From positions 1 to 42,227 of the IMG/VR virus record IMGVR_UViG_3300017440_000003: 42,227 nucleotides of DNA. One strand, 5' to 3'. The translations under genes and the position numbers were made by a program. Source of the stretch: a virus. Each line of letters starts with the position of its first letter. Positions within the stretch are counted from its first letter, which is position 1. Positions 32,408 to 40,582 of the stretch are shown one piece after another. Under the pieces are notes generated by a model. That model was given only the letters and a program-made list of their open reading frames with translations, was not told the DNA's origin and ran no database searches.

Positions 32408-32565
32408 TGGAAACCGGCCTGACCCCGTTCCTGCTCGATATGCAGAAAGCCCCGGAGGCTGCATTGCGGGCGGGGTTGGCCAATCCGCAGGCGCTTGCGG
32501 TCAAGCATGGCATCCCAGTCGAGTGGGTGATGTTTTATGTGGGGCAGTGGTTGGGGAGGGCTTGA
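32407..32565 (+). CDS. small hypothetical protein (52 aa)
   Basis: TAATG overlap with the ssb stop. Hand-translated as [23 protein letters not shown]... Confidence 0.35.
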   Translation: METGLTPFLLDMQKAPEAALRAGLANPQALAVKHGIPVEWVMFYVGQWLGRA

Positions 32566-32654
32566 GCGCACAGGCCAGACGGCGGGCGGGGATGAGGAAA
32601 GGGGGTTGACGTGATGGCGATATGGCGTCAGGAAGGTGGGGAAGGAGATACTAG

Positions 32655-32813
32655 ATGACACGGACGATGGATGGAGTTGCGGTAAGGTCGATTATTGCTG
32701 AAATGGACCGCGCGGGCACCAAGGCCAGCGCCCGCAAGGCAATGGCCCGACTGGCGCTCAGCCGTTCCAATCTGACCGATTGCGGTCGCGCAGAATGGGA
32801 AAAGATTTCATGA
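32655..32813 (+). CDS. small hypothetical protein (52 aa)
   Basis: ATG 8 nt after GAAGGAG. Its stop overlaps the ATG of the methyltransferase remnant (ATGA at 32810-32813). Confidence 0.55.
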   Translation: MTRTMDGVAVRSIIAEMDRAGTKASARKAMARLALSRSNLTDCGRAEWEKIS

Positions 32814-32956
32814 GGGTTCTGGTGGCCTGCGAATATTCCGCCACGGTGCGGGATAAACCATGTGAGCATAAATGCGGTTATGTTTTGCCGTGCCCCGGTA
32901 AATTAAATTGCGTAAACTGGAAAAATGGAATTTGGGTTGGGATTAAGCCGCTATGA
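32810..32956 (+). pseudogene. Remnant 5' end of a C5-methyltransferase-like gene fused to foreign low-GC sequence (48-codon chimeric ORF)
   Basis: nt 32810-32854 (MRVLVACEYSATVRD) match 32953-32997 (MNVLIACEYSATVRD) at 35/45 nt and 13/15 aa. The ORF then runs into AT-rich sequence and stops in an ATGA overlap with the intact gene. Confidence 0.6.
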
Positions 32957-33525
32957 ATGTTCTTATTGCATGCGAGTATTCAGCTACTGTGCGGGATGCT
33001 TTTCGCTCTAAAGGCCATAATGCATGGTCATGCGACATACTACCTTCCGAAGGTGATCGTAGGTGGCATCATGAAGGTGATGTTATTGAGTTCCTCAACC
33101 ATACACACATGAATTGGGACCTGATGATCGCCCATCCGCCATGCACCGATCTGGCCGTCAGCGGTGCCCGCCATTTTGCAGAAAAGATCGCAGATGGCAG
33201 ACAACAACGCGCACTGGAATTCGTGCAGGCGCTGCTTCATGCCCCCATTCCCCGCATCGCCTTGGAAAACCCCATCAGCGTTATCAGCAGCAAAATCCGC
33301 AAGCCCGATCAGATCATCCAGCCGTGGCAGTTTGGGCATGGCGAAACGAAGGCAACGTGCCTGTGGCTGAAAGGGCTACCCAAACTGGTGCCGACCAACA
33401 TTGTCGAGGGGCGTTCAGACCGCATCCATAAGATGCCTCCGGGGCCTAATCGGTGGAAGGAACGCAGCCGGACCTATCAGGGCATCGCCGATGCGATGGC
33501 CGAGCAATGGGGAAACGCAGCATGA
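32953..33525 (+). CDS. short DNA (cytosine-5) methyltransferase-like protein
   Basis: 190 aa. AHPPCTDLAVSG (PC motif IV-like) and IALENP (motif VI-like), as in short phage Dcm-like proteins. The first ~175 nt are visibly AT-richer than the rest. Confidence 0.5.
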   Translation: MNVLIACEYSATVRDAFRSKGHNAWSCDILPSEGDRRWHHEGDVIEFLNHTHMNWDLMIAHPPCTDLAVSGARHFAEKIADGRQQRALEFVQALLHAPIPRIALENPISVISSKIRKPDQIIQPWQFGHGETKATCLWLKGLPKLVPTNIVEGRSDRIHKMPPGPNRWKERSRTYQGIADAMAEQWGNAA

Positions 33526-33680
33526 AAACCATGGCAGAACACGCCCGCGCATACCGCACCCGCAAGGCGGAGAAGATGGCGCGGTACGAAGAGGCGCTGA
33601 ACAAGATTGCCGAGATGCAGCCTTTCAGCGATCCGTCAGATGCTGCTGCCATCGCTTGGCGGGCTTTGAACCAGAAATAA
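33522..33680 (+). CDS. small hypothetical protein (52 aa)
   Basis: ORF-track 33453..33680 trimmed to ATG 33522 (ATGA overlap). Confidence 0.5.
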   Translation: MKTMAEHARAYRTRKAEKMARYEEALNKIAEMQPFSDPSDAAAIAWRALNQK

Positions 33681-33687
33681 CCCCAAC

Positions 33688-33728
33688 GGCACCGGGGAGC
33701 AAAATACCAGGATGCTCAACCCGGTGCC
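33688..33728 (+). terminator. Terminator-like hairpin GGCACCGGG-GAGC...GCTC-aa-CCCGGTGCC
   Basis: 9-bp and 4-bp stems, 8 nt after the last early/middle gene. No U-tract. Confidence 0.4.
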
Positions 33729-33741
33729 TGACGCAGGAGAT

Positions 33742-33769
33742 TTGCAAATTGCGGTGATTTCGGTATGAT
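33742..33769 (+). promoter_or_regulatory. Putative late promoter TTGCAA-N16-TATGAT
   Basis: -35 at 33742-33747, -10 at 33764-33769. Same architecture as 29263-29290. Sits at the head of the packaging/structural block. Confidence 0.6.
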
Positions 33770-33820
33770 GGCGGCGGAACGGAGGCTTCGTGGAAGTCGC
33801 CTCGACGTTCCGCCTATCAT
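33765..33820 (+). other. Long imperfect palindrome/hairpin overlapping the -10 box (module B)
   Basis: ATGAT-(GGC)-GGCGGAACG-GAGGC / loop TTCGTGGAAGTC / GCCTC-(GA)-CGTTCCGCC-(T)-ATCAT. Same outer arms as module A but a different inner stem. Confidence 0.7.
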
Positions 33821-33840
33821 CAGCGGGGAGATAGCCGCCA

Positions 33841-34374
33841 ATGACGTACGATTCCCTATCGCCAAATCAGCTATGGCGCAACGGCTGTGTTTATTGCGGA
33901 GTCAAATATGACCTGTGTAGGGATCATGTGATCCCAACGTCATACCTTCGCACAAAGCGCCGTTACGGCGGAGATTGGCTGGTTACAGCCTGCACAGAGT
34001 GCAACACATTGCTAGGGGCTAAGCTGCTATTCAATGTGCCGGAAAGGGCAGCATACCTGAAAATTGTGTTGGCGCGTAAATACTACAGGATTTTGCGGGT
34101 TCTGAATTGGGACGACGACGAACTTGAGGAATTAGGTGAAAACCTGTCGAGCGCGGTTCGGCTTGATCTCATGAAGCGCAAAGAGGTCGAGAGGCGGTTG
34201 TCGCATCTGGAATTGGTTGAGCGGCAACCAGTCGATTACCTATCCGGCTCCAGGCCGCTTATTCCTGCCGAACTGGACGAAACTAGGGAACATGTAGACC
34301 CTGAGTACGCATCATTTCTACGTCGCAAAGAGGTAGAGAAGATGGCGAAAAAGCGGTTTAAGAGGAAGGGATGA
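33841..34374 (+). CDS. HNH endonuclease
   Basis: CVYCG...CRDHVIP...ACTECN motif order. 177 aa. Visibly lower GC than the genome backbone. Confidence 0.75.
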   Translation: MTYDSLSPNQLWRNGCVYCGVKYDLCRDHVIPTSYLRTKRRYGGDWLVTACTECNTLLGAKLLFNVPERAAYLKIVLARKYYRILRVLNWDDDELEELGENLSSAVRLDLMKRKEVERRLSHLELVERQPVDYLSGSRPLIPAELDETREHVDPEYASFLRRKEVEKMAKKRFKRKG

Positions 34375-34661
34375 TTGAGATGAAAACAGCAAATGAGGCC
34401 TTGGAGCGTTTAGAGGTCCTAGAATCGCTTGTGCAGAGGATTGCGGCTACAGACATTCCGGTTGATGAGTATCTTGCTATCAAACGTGATGCCCGCGCAC
34501 TCCTGCCCGAGCCGGTGGACCCGGATTTGGTGGAGGCGCGGAAGATCATGGAAGCGCGGTATTACATCAATGATCCCGAATGGCAGGGCGACCTTGATAC
34601 CACACGCGCTTTTAAGCTGCTGAAACGCGGCCGCGCCCTTGAGCGGGGGGAGGCGAAGTGA
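34371..34661 (+). CDS. hypothetical protein (96 aa)
   Basis: ATGA-coupled to the HNH gene. Confidence 0.5.
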   Translation: MIEMKTANEALERLEVLESLVQRIAATDIPVDEYLAIKRDARALLPEPVDPDLVEARKIMEARYYINDPEWQGDLDTTRAFKLLKRGRALERGEAK

Positions 34662-34855
34662 GGGCCGTTATCGGCGCCATGATAGGCGCGGTCATCCCGC
34701 TTTTCTTCATTGCGTTGTCGTGGTTGACGTCGCAACAGCATGAGGTGGTTGTCAATTTCATCAATGCTGCTGTGCCGTATGTTATGGTGCTGGCGTTCGC
34801 TTTCATGGGCGCGGCAATAGCCAACGCCGCGGGTGATGATGAGGGAGAAAATTGA
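34658..34855 (+). CDS. small two-TM membrane protein (65 aa)
   Basis: GTG start overlapping the upstream stop. Helices AVIGAMIGAVIPLFFIALSWL and VPYVMVLAFAFMGAAIA. Confidence 0.5.
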   Translation: MRAVIGAMIGAVIPLFFIALSWLTSQQHEVVVNFINAAVPYVMVLAFAFMGAAIANAAGDDEGEN

Positions 34856-35217
34856 TGGAACACAACCCGAGCGCGGATGATGGGCTGGTGGATGGCGAGG
34901 TTTGGTTGAGAGCATGGGTGGCCGTTGCAGGTTCTGTGGGCGGCAAGCTGGCTGATTGTGAGCGGTATGCTGACGCTTGCCTTGCGCAATATCGAAAGCG
35001 GTTTGACGGCGCTACTCGCTCGCATGGGGGGGATGTGATGGAATTTCTGATTCTTATGGGATTATGGATTTCTAGTGGCATATTGGCCTTGGTAGTGGCT
35101 GATCACAAATTTCCCGATCCCAGCAGAAAATGGTATTGGCCTTCAAATCCATTGGTCGCATGGATGCTCGCTATATTTTCAGGGCCAATTTTTCTGATGA
35201 ATGCGCTGGCATCATGA
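34852..35217 (+). CDS. hypothetical protein with C-terminal two-TM segment (121 aa)
   Basis: The AT-rich second half (MEFLILMGLWISSGILALVV...) could be a separate gene starting at the in-frame ATG near 35038. Confidence 0.45.
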   Translation: MMEHNPSADDGLVDGEVWLRAWVAVAGSVGGKLADCERYADACLAQYRKRFDGATRSHGGDVMEFLILMGLWISSGILALVVADHKFPDPSRKWYWPSNPLVAWMLAIFSGPIFLMNALAS

Positions 35218-35303
35218 CCATCTTCCACCATTTCACACGCGGTCTCGGATGGGGCATCGGTAGGGACTTGGCACGGGTGATCGTTAGGGCTATCTTTAAG
35301 TAA
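35214..35303 (+). CDS. 29-aa micro-ORF (MTIFHHFTRGLGWGIGRDLARVIVRAIFK)
   Basis: ATGA overlap upstream and TAATG overlap with the terS start. Supported by coupling only. Confidence 0.3.
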   Translation: MTIFHHFTRGLGWGIGRDLARVIVRAIFK

Positions 35304-35596
35304 TGGACCAGGAGACGCCAAAACCAGCACAAGATAGCAAGGGCCGATTTGTATCGGGCAATATCGGCGGAGGTCGCCCTAAAGGAGCGCGTGCAAAACT
35401 GGGTGAGGCGTTCTTACAGGCAATGTTCGATGACTTCAACAAGCATGGCATTGCCGCCGTTGAACAGGTCCGCGAAGAAAAGCCCGACCAATACTTGAAG
35501 GTTATTGCATCGTTGATGCCCAAGGAAATAACCGGAGAGGAGGGCGGTCCCGTGCTTATTAGCAGGATTGAGTTGGTGCCTGTGTCGCCTCTATGA
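35303..35596 (+). CDS. terS: terminase small subunit (DUF5681-like)
   Basis: KGRFVSGNIGGGRPKGARAK motif. 97 aa. Immediately upstream of terL and ATGA-coupled to it. Confidence 0.65.
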   Translation: MDQETPKPAQDSKGRFVSGNIGGGRPKGARAKLGEAFLQAMFDDFNKHGIAAVEQVREEKPDQYLKVIASLMPKEITGEEGGPVLISRIELVPVSPL

Positions 35597-36894
35597 CAAC
35601 CGTGGGCATTGATATGCCAGCCAAGCTAGTTCCTGTATTCGACGGCATTGCCGACGTGCGGGGCGCTTGGGGTGGTCGCGGTAGTGGCAAGACACGTACT
35701 TTCGCCAAGATGACGGCTGTACGGGCATTGATGTGGTCGCAGGCCGGTCGTGAAGGCATCATCCTCTGTGGTCGTGTCTTCATGAACTCGCTGGCGGATT
35801 CTTCGTTGGAGGAAATCAAAGCCGCGATCCGTGAGACGGACTGGCTGCTGCCGTATTTCGATATTGGCGAGAAGTACATCCGCACTGCGGACGGGCGGGT
35901 CACGTACAGCTTCACCGGGCTTGATCGCAATATCGACAGTGTGAAGTCAAAGGCACGCATCCTGTTGTGTTGGGTCGATGAGGCCGAAACGGTCACTGAT
36001 GAGGCATGGACAAAGCTGATACCGACGTTGCGCGAGGAAGACTCGGAACTGTGGATCACGTGGAACCCTGAGCGCGAGGAAAGCGCTACCAACAAGCGGT
36101 TCTGGCAGGCGACCGGTGACCGGGTGAAGATCGTTGAACTGAATTTTCGTGACAACCCCTGGTTCCCCGATATCCTCGATCGCGTGCGCCTGCGGGACAA
36201 GGAAGAACGCCCCCACCTCTACGATCATATCTGGGAAGGCGATTTCATCCGCGTGGTCGAGGGCGCCTATTTCGCGCCGCACTTGACCAAAGCGCGGGAG
36301 GATGGCCGTATCGCCATGGTGGCGGAGGAACCCAATCTCATCGTGCGGCTGTTCGCGGACATCGGTGGCACGGGTGCCAAGGCGGATAACTTCGTGTTCT
36401 GGGCGGGCCAGTTCGTCGGCACGGAGATACGCTGGATCAATCATTATGAGCAGCAGGGGCAGCCGGTGTCGGCGCATCTGAATTGGATGCGGGCGCAGGG
36501 ATACAGTCCGGATCGCTGCAAGATATGGCTGCCGCACGACGGTGATACGCAGGACAAGGTATTCGACACGTCCTATCGCAAGGCGCTGGAGGATGCGGGC
36601 TACGGCGTGGAGGTGGTGGCGAACCAGGGCAAGGGCGCAGCAATGCAGCGGGTGGAGCGTGCCCGGCAGTTGTTTCCGCGGATGCGGTTCGACGAGACGA
36701 AGTGCGCCGCTGGCCTGAAGGCACTCGGCTGGTATCATGAGAAGCGCGATGATGACCGCGGTATCGGGCTGGGGCCGAACCATGACTGGTCCTCGCACAG
36801 CGCCGATGCGTTCGGGACCGGCTGCGTGGCCTATGAAGAACCACGGAAAGCTGTTACGCTCGATCTAAGCAAGTTGCGGCGTGGAGTTGTTTGA
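35593..36894 (+). CDS. terL: terminase large subunit (PBSX/Terminase_3-like)
   Basis: Walker A GGRGSGKT and Walker B LLCWVDEAE, with a C-terminal nuclease-like region. 433 aa. Followed by the portal gene. Confidence 0.85.
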   Translation: MTTVGIDMPAKLVPVFDGIADVRGAWGGRGSGKTRTFAKMTAVRALMWSQAGREGIILCGRVFMNSLADSSLEEIKAAIRETDWLLPYFDIGEKYIRTADGRVTYSFTGLDRNIDSVKSKARILLCWVDEAETVTDEAWTKLIPTLREEDSELWITWNPEREESATNKRFWQATGDRVKIVELNFRDNPWFPDILDRVRLRDKEERPHLYDHIWEGDFIRVVEGAYFAPHLTKAREDGRIAMVAEEPNLIVRLFADIGGTGAKADNFVFWAGQFVGTEIRWINHYEQQGQPVSAHLNWMRAQGYSPDRCKIWLPHDGDTQDKVFDTSYRKALEDAGYGVEVVANQGKGAAMQRVERARQLFPRMRFDETKCAAGLKALGWYHEKRDDDRGIGLGPNHDWSSHSADAFGTGCVAYEEPRKAVTLDLSKLRRGVV

Positions 36895-38990
36895 TGGCCC
36901 TGCATGATCCCGATGAAATGGAAGCCAAGCAGGGCATCGACCTGGACGAACTCGTCGATGCACTGCGCCGGGAAGCGGAGAGCGCGGATTCCGAATGGGA
37001 TCGGGTGCGGCCGTTTCAGGAAGTCGCCCGGAGCTACTACGAAGCGCGCCTTTTTGGGAATGAGGTAGAGGGGCGTTCGCAGATCATCCTGCCGGATGCG
37101 CAAGAAACCATCGATTATATGGTCACTAGCGTCCTGCGTACGTTCGTCAGTGGCGATCGTGTCGTGGAGTTCGAGGCGACGGACAAAGCGGACGAGGAAC
37201 TCGCCGATGAGGCCACGTCCGCGATCGGCTACAGCTTCATGCGCGATCAGGATGGATACCGCGTGCTGCACGATTGGCTGACGTGCGGTCTGCTGGAGAA
37301 GTACGGCGTCACCAAGACCACGATGGTGACGGAGGAAAAGGTGATGCGGGAGCGCGTCACCATTGCCGATCCGGTGGAACTGGAGGGTTTTGAGGGCGAG
37401 GTAGAGGACGCGCAGCCGAACGATGACGGCACCTACACGTTGTCGTTGAAGGCGGAGGTGACGAAGAAGCGCTTCGTTGACCAGACCATCCCGGCGGAAG
37501 AATTCCGCTATTCGGCACGTGCCCGGCACGAGGACGAATCCGACTATCTCGCCCATGTCGCGGCCAAGACTCGTTCCGATCTGGTGGACATGGGGTTCGA
37601 TCGTGAGCAGGTCTACGCGCTGCCAGTTTATACCGGGATGCCGTACGAGCGCGGCGACACCGATACGCAGTGGGAGCCTGACCCGGAAAGCACGCCTGCG
37701 CTCCAGATGGTGGAGTTGCGCGAGGAATATGCGCGCATCGATCTGGACGGCGACGGCATTGCAGAACGGGTGAAGATATTCCGGGTCGAAAACGACATTC
37801 TACGGTGGGCAGATGGTGAACTGGCGGTGGAGACGGTGGACGAACAGCCGTTCTCGGTGTTCTGCCCATTCCCGCGTCCCAACCGCATGATCGGCTATTC
37901 GCTGGCTGACAAGGTGATGGACATCCAGCTTGCCCGTTCCACCGTGGCGCGGCAGCTGTTCGACGGGATGTATCAGGCGAACCTGCCGCGGCCGGTGGTG
38001 TCCGAGCGGGGCATGTCCGAGAACACCATCGACGACCTGTTGTCGCCCATTGCTGGCGCGCCGATCAGGGTGTCTGACGTTGGCGCGGTGGTGCCGTATC
38101 AGACCAATTTCGACGTGGGCAAGTCGCTGACCGTCATGGAGTGGATGACGGGCGAGCGCGAGAGCCGCACGGGCATTACGCGCTTGAACCAGGGGCTGGA
38201 CGCCGACGCGCTCAACAAGACCGCGACGGGCACGGCCATGATGCAGGCGCAGGGCCAGCAGCAGGAGGAGTTCATCGCCCGCAACTTTGCGGAGGCTTTT
38301 AGTCGGTTGATGGCGAAGAAATACCGGCTGATGCGGCGCGAGGGCGAGCCGTTCAAGATCAAGGTGGACGGGCAATATCGGGAGGTTGACCCGACGCAAT
38401 GGCCTGAGGATGTGAACCTTGCGATCCGGGTGGGGCTTGGCACCGGCAGCAAGGACAAACGGGTGCAGGCCCGCATGGCGCTGGCGCCGATCCTTGCGGA
38501 GGGCTTTGCGAATGGGCAGGTGAAGCCCAAGCATCTGTTCCATGCCGTGGATGGGCTGGTGCGCGATCTGGGGATCGGTCAGGGAGATGACTTCTGGACC
38601 GATCCCGATGCGCCTTTGGCTCCGGGGGAACAGCCGGAACAAGAACAGCCCGATCCTGAGATGCTTGCAATGCAGGCAGAACAAGACAGGGAGGAGCGTG
38701 CATTCCAGTTTGAGCAGCGCAAGGCCGATGCCACGCTTCAGCTAAAGCGTGATGAAGCTTCTGCTAATATTGAGGCTCTACGCGAGCGTCATGCACTTGA
38801 GATGGAGCAGAAGCGGGAGCAAGCCCGCCTTGATGCACAGCTTGCCCGCGAACGTGCTGATGACGAAGCCGCGCTAGCCATTTATCGCACCGACAAGGAA
38901 GCCGAGGTGAAGGCGTATGCCATCAGCAAGAAAGCTGATACAGATGCGAGCATTGGACGGAACCGCGAAGGTGGGGATTTGAGCAAATGA
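36891..38990 (+). CDS. portal protein
   Basis: 699 aa, ATGA-coupled to terL. The C-terminal ~100 aa form a highly charged helical segment (barrel-like). Confidence 0.75.
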   Translation: MMALHDPDEMEAKQGIDLDELVDALRREAESADSEWDRVRPFQEVARSYYEARLFGNEVEGRSQIILPDAQETIDYMVTSVLRTFVSGDRVVEFEATDKADEELADEATSAIGYSFMRDQDGYRVLHDWLTCGLLEKYGVTKTTMVTEEKVMRERVTIADPVELEGFEGEVEDAQPNDDGTYTLSLKAEVTKKRFVDQTIPAEEFRYSARARHEDESDYLAHVAAKTRSDLVDMGFDREQVYALPVYTGMPYERGDTDTQWEPDPESTPALQMVELREEYARIDLDGDGIAERVKIFRVENDILRWADGELAVETVDEQPFSVFCPFPRPNRMIGYSLADKVMDIQLARSTVARQLFDGMYQANLPRPVVSERGMSENTIDDLLSPIAGAPIRVSDVGAVVPYQTNFDVGKSLTVMEWMTGERESRTGITRLNQGLDADALNKTATGTAMMQAQGQQQEEFIARNFAEAFSRLMAKKYRLMRREGEPFKIKVDGQYREVDPTQWPEDVNLAIRVGLGTGSKDKRVQARMALAPILAEGFANGQVKPKHLFHAVDGLVRDLGIGQGDDFWTDPDAPLAPGEQPEQEQPDPEMLAMQAEQDREERAFQFEQRKADATLQLKRDEASANIEALRERHALEMEQKREQARLDAQLARERADDEAALAIYRTDKEAEVKAYAISKKADTDASIGRNREGGDLSK

Positions 38991-39169
38991 TTGTTTATGA
39001 TGCGGGCAACAAAGCCACTGTTGCTATCTTAGGGAGTGATAGGTTTTCGCTGGATACGTTCGACGTAGGTATATGCGAAATGTCGCGAAATGAACTATCG
39101 GCACTTCGGTCTGCAATTGATCAGGCGCTGAACACCAGCGCAGAAGAAATTGCCGATGACTTGGCTTGA
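38987..39169 (+). CDS. hypothetical protein (60 aa)
   Basis: ATGA overlap with the portal stop. Lower GC. Confidence 0.45.
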   Translation: MIVYDAGNKATVAILGSDRFSLDTFDVGICEMSRNELSALRSAIDQALNTSAEEIADDLA

Positions 39170-39512
39170 CCGACTCCTAGCCCGCTTCGGCTACATCCGT
39201 ACAGACGCCCCCCGTCCTTACGCCCGCGTCAACAATGGCGCAGACGCCATTGCCCGTGGACAGCGGTGGCAGGCTTTTGCTGAAGAAGAAGGCGGGCTGT
39301 ACGATATGATAGCTTCGCTGCGCGCCGATTACTTCGCCAAGGTGGGCCAGTTGAACCCAAGCGAGCGCGACAAGTTGCTGGCGCTTGGCATGGCGGATAA
39401 GATCGCGCGGGAAATCGAAGGCAAGGTGCGTGCGGTCATTGATACTGGCCATATTCGTGCTAAAGAGAAGGAACATACCGAGCGCGTCACTAGTGTGGGA
39501 CGTTATCGGTAA
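39156..39512 (+). CDS. hypothetical protein (118 aa)
   Basis: ORF-track start 39150 is TTG; the ATG at 39156 is preferred. Confidence 0.5.
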   Translation: MTWLDRLLARFGYIRTDAPRPYARVNNGADAIARGQRWQAFAEEEGGLYDMIASLRADYFAKVGQLNPSERDKLLALGMADKIAREIEGKVRAVIDTGHIRAKEKEHTERVTSVGRYR

Positions 39513-39544
39513 TTAGCCGCCCCACGGGGCATAGGAGAACACTG

Positions 39545-40525
39545 TTGGCCCATCTGGCAGATAATGCAGAAGCCGGCGATCTCGGGGATGATCTCGAAAG
39601 CGCGGCTACCGCTATCAGCGGTTTGAACCTTGACGAGTTCGCGGACAACGCAGAACCGGAAGGTGATGAAGATTCGGACGACGACGGCGAGGACGATAAC
39701 GATCAAGCCGACGACGGCGAAGAACAGGATGACGGAGACGACGAACCGGAAACGGCCATCGACGCACCCGTCAGCCTGACGGCGGAGGAAAAGGCGAAGT
39801 TCGCGGCGCTTCCCAAAGAGGCGCAGCAGTACGTCGCAGACCTAGAGGCGCGCCGCGCCGTACAGGTCCAGACCGCGACCACGAAGGCAGCGGAAGCCCA
39901 GCGTACGGCGGAAGCCAGCGCAGCCCGTGCCGACGCAGAAGCCAAGGCGAAGTATGCCCAGCAGTTGAAGGCGTTTGGGGACAATCTTGCCCCCACGGCG
40001 CCCGATCCCGAACTGGCGTATACCAACCCGCAGGCTTTCATTGCCCAGCAGGCGCAGTATCAGGCTGCAAAGGCCCAGCATGACGAGTTCATGCAGCAGG
40101 TGCAGTCTCTCGGCGGAGAAGCCGAAACCGCGATGAGCGAAGCGGAGATTGCCCAGCGCGACCGCGAACTGATGGCGATTCCCGAAGTGGCCAACGAGGC
40201 GACGAGGGAGGAGTTCTTCAGCAAGGCGATCGGTGAAGGCAAGAAACTTGGGCTGGATATGTCCCAGATCGGCCATGCGTCGGCGGGGGAACTGAAGGCA
40301 CTTCGTGAAATCGCGACGTTGCGGGATAAGGCGGAAAAATACGATGCCGCCACGGCCCGTAACATGCAGCGCGTGCGAGACGGCAAGAAGACGAAGACCA
40401 CCAAGCCCAACGCAGCCCAGCCCAGCAGCGCGGAAGGTCGGGGTTATCGTGAGTCGCGCGATCGATTGAGGCAGAGTGGCGACGTGAAGGACGCCGCTGC
40501 CGCGATTGCTCGCTTAGGTTTGTAA
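39545..40525 (+). CDS. scaffolding protein
   Basis: TTG start 7 nt after AGGAG. Acidic N-terminus, then Ala/Gln/Glu-rich helical body. 326 aa, directly upstream of the capsid gene. Confidence 0.65.
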   Translation: MAHLADNAEAGDLGDDLESAATAISGLNLDEFADNAEPEGDEDSDDDGEDDNDQADDGEEQDDGDDEPETAIDAPVSLTAEEKAKFAALPKEAQQYVADLEARRAVQVQTATTKAAEAQRTAEASAARADAEAKAKYAQQLKAFGDNLAPTAPDPELAYTNPQAFIAQQAQYQAAKAQHDEFMQQVQSLGGEAETAMSEAEIAQRDRELMAIPEVANEATREEFFSKAIGEGKKLGLDMSQIGHASAGELKALREIATLRDKAEKYDAATARNMQRVRDGKKTKTTKPNAAQPSSAEGRGYRESRDRLRQSGDVKDAAAAIARLGL

Positions 40526-40526
40526 C

Positions 40527-40561
40527 GGCCTACTGCGCCAACGTCGTGATGACAGTAGGCC
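40527..40561 (+). other. Perfect 9-bp hairpin GGCCTACTG-N17-CAGTAGGCC upstream of the capsid gene
   Basis: Seen directly in the sequence, between the scaffold stop and the capsid start. Confidence 0.6.
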
Positions 40562-40582
40562 CTCCCCAAGTGGATCAGAACA

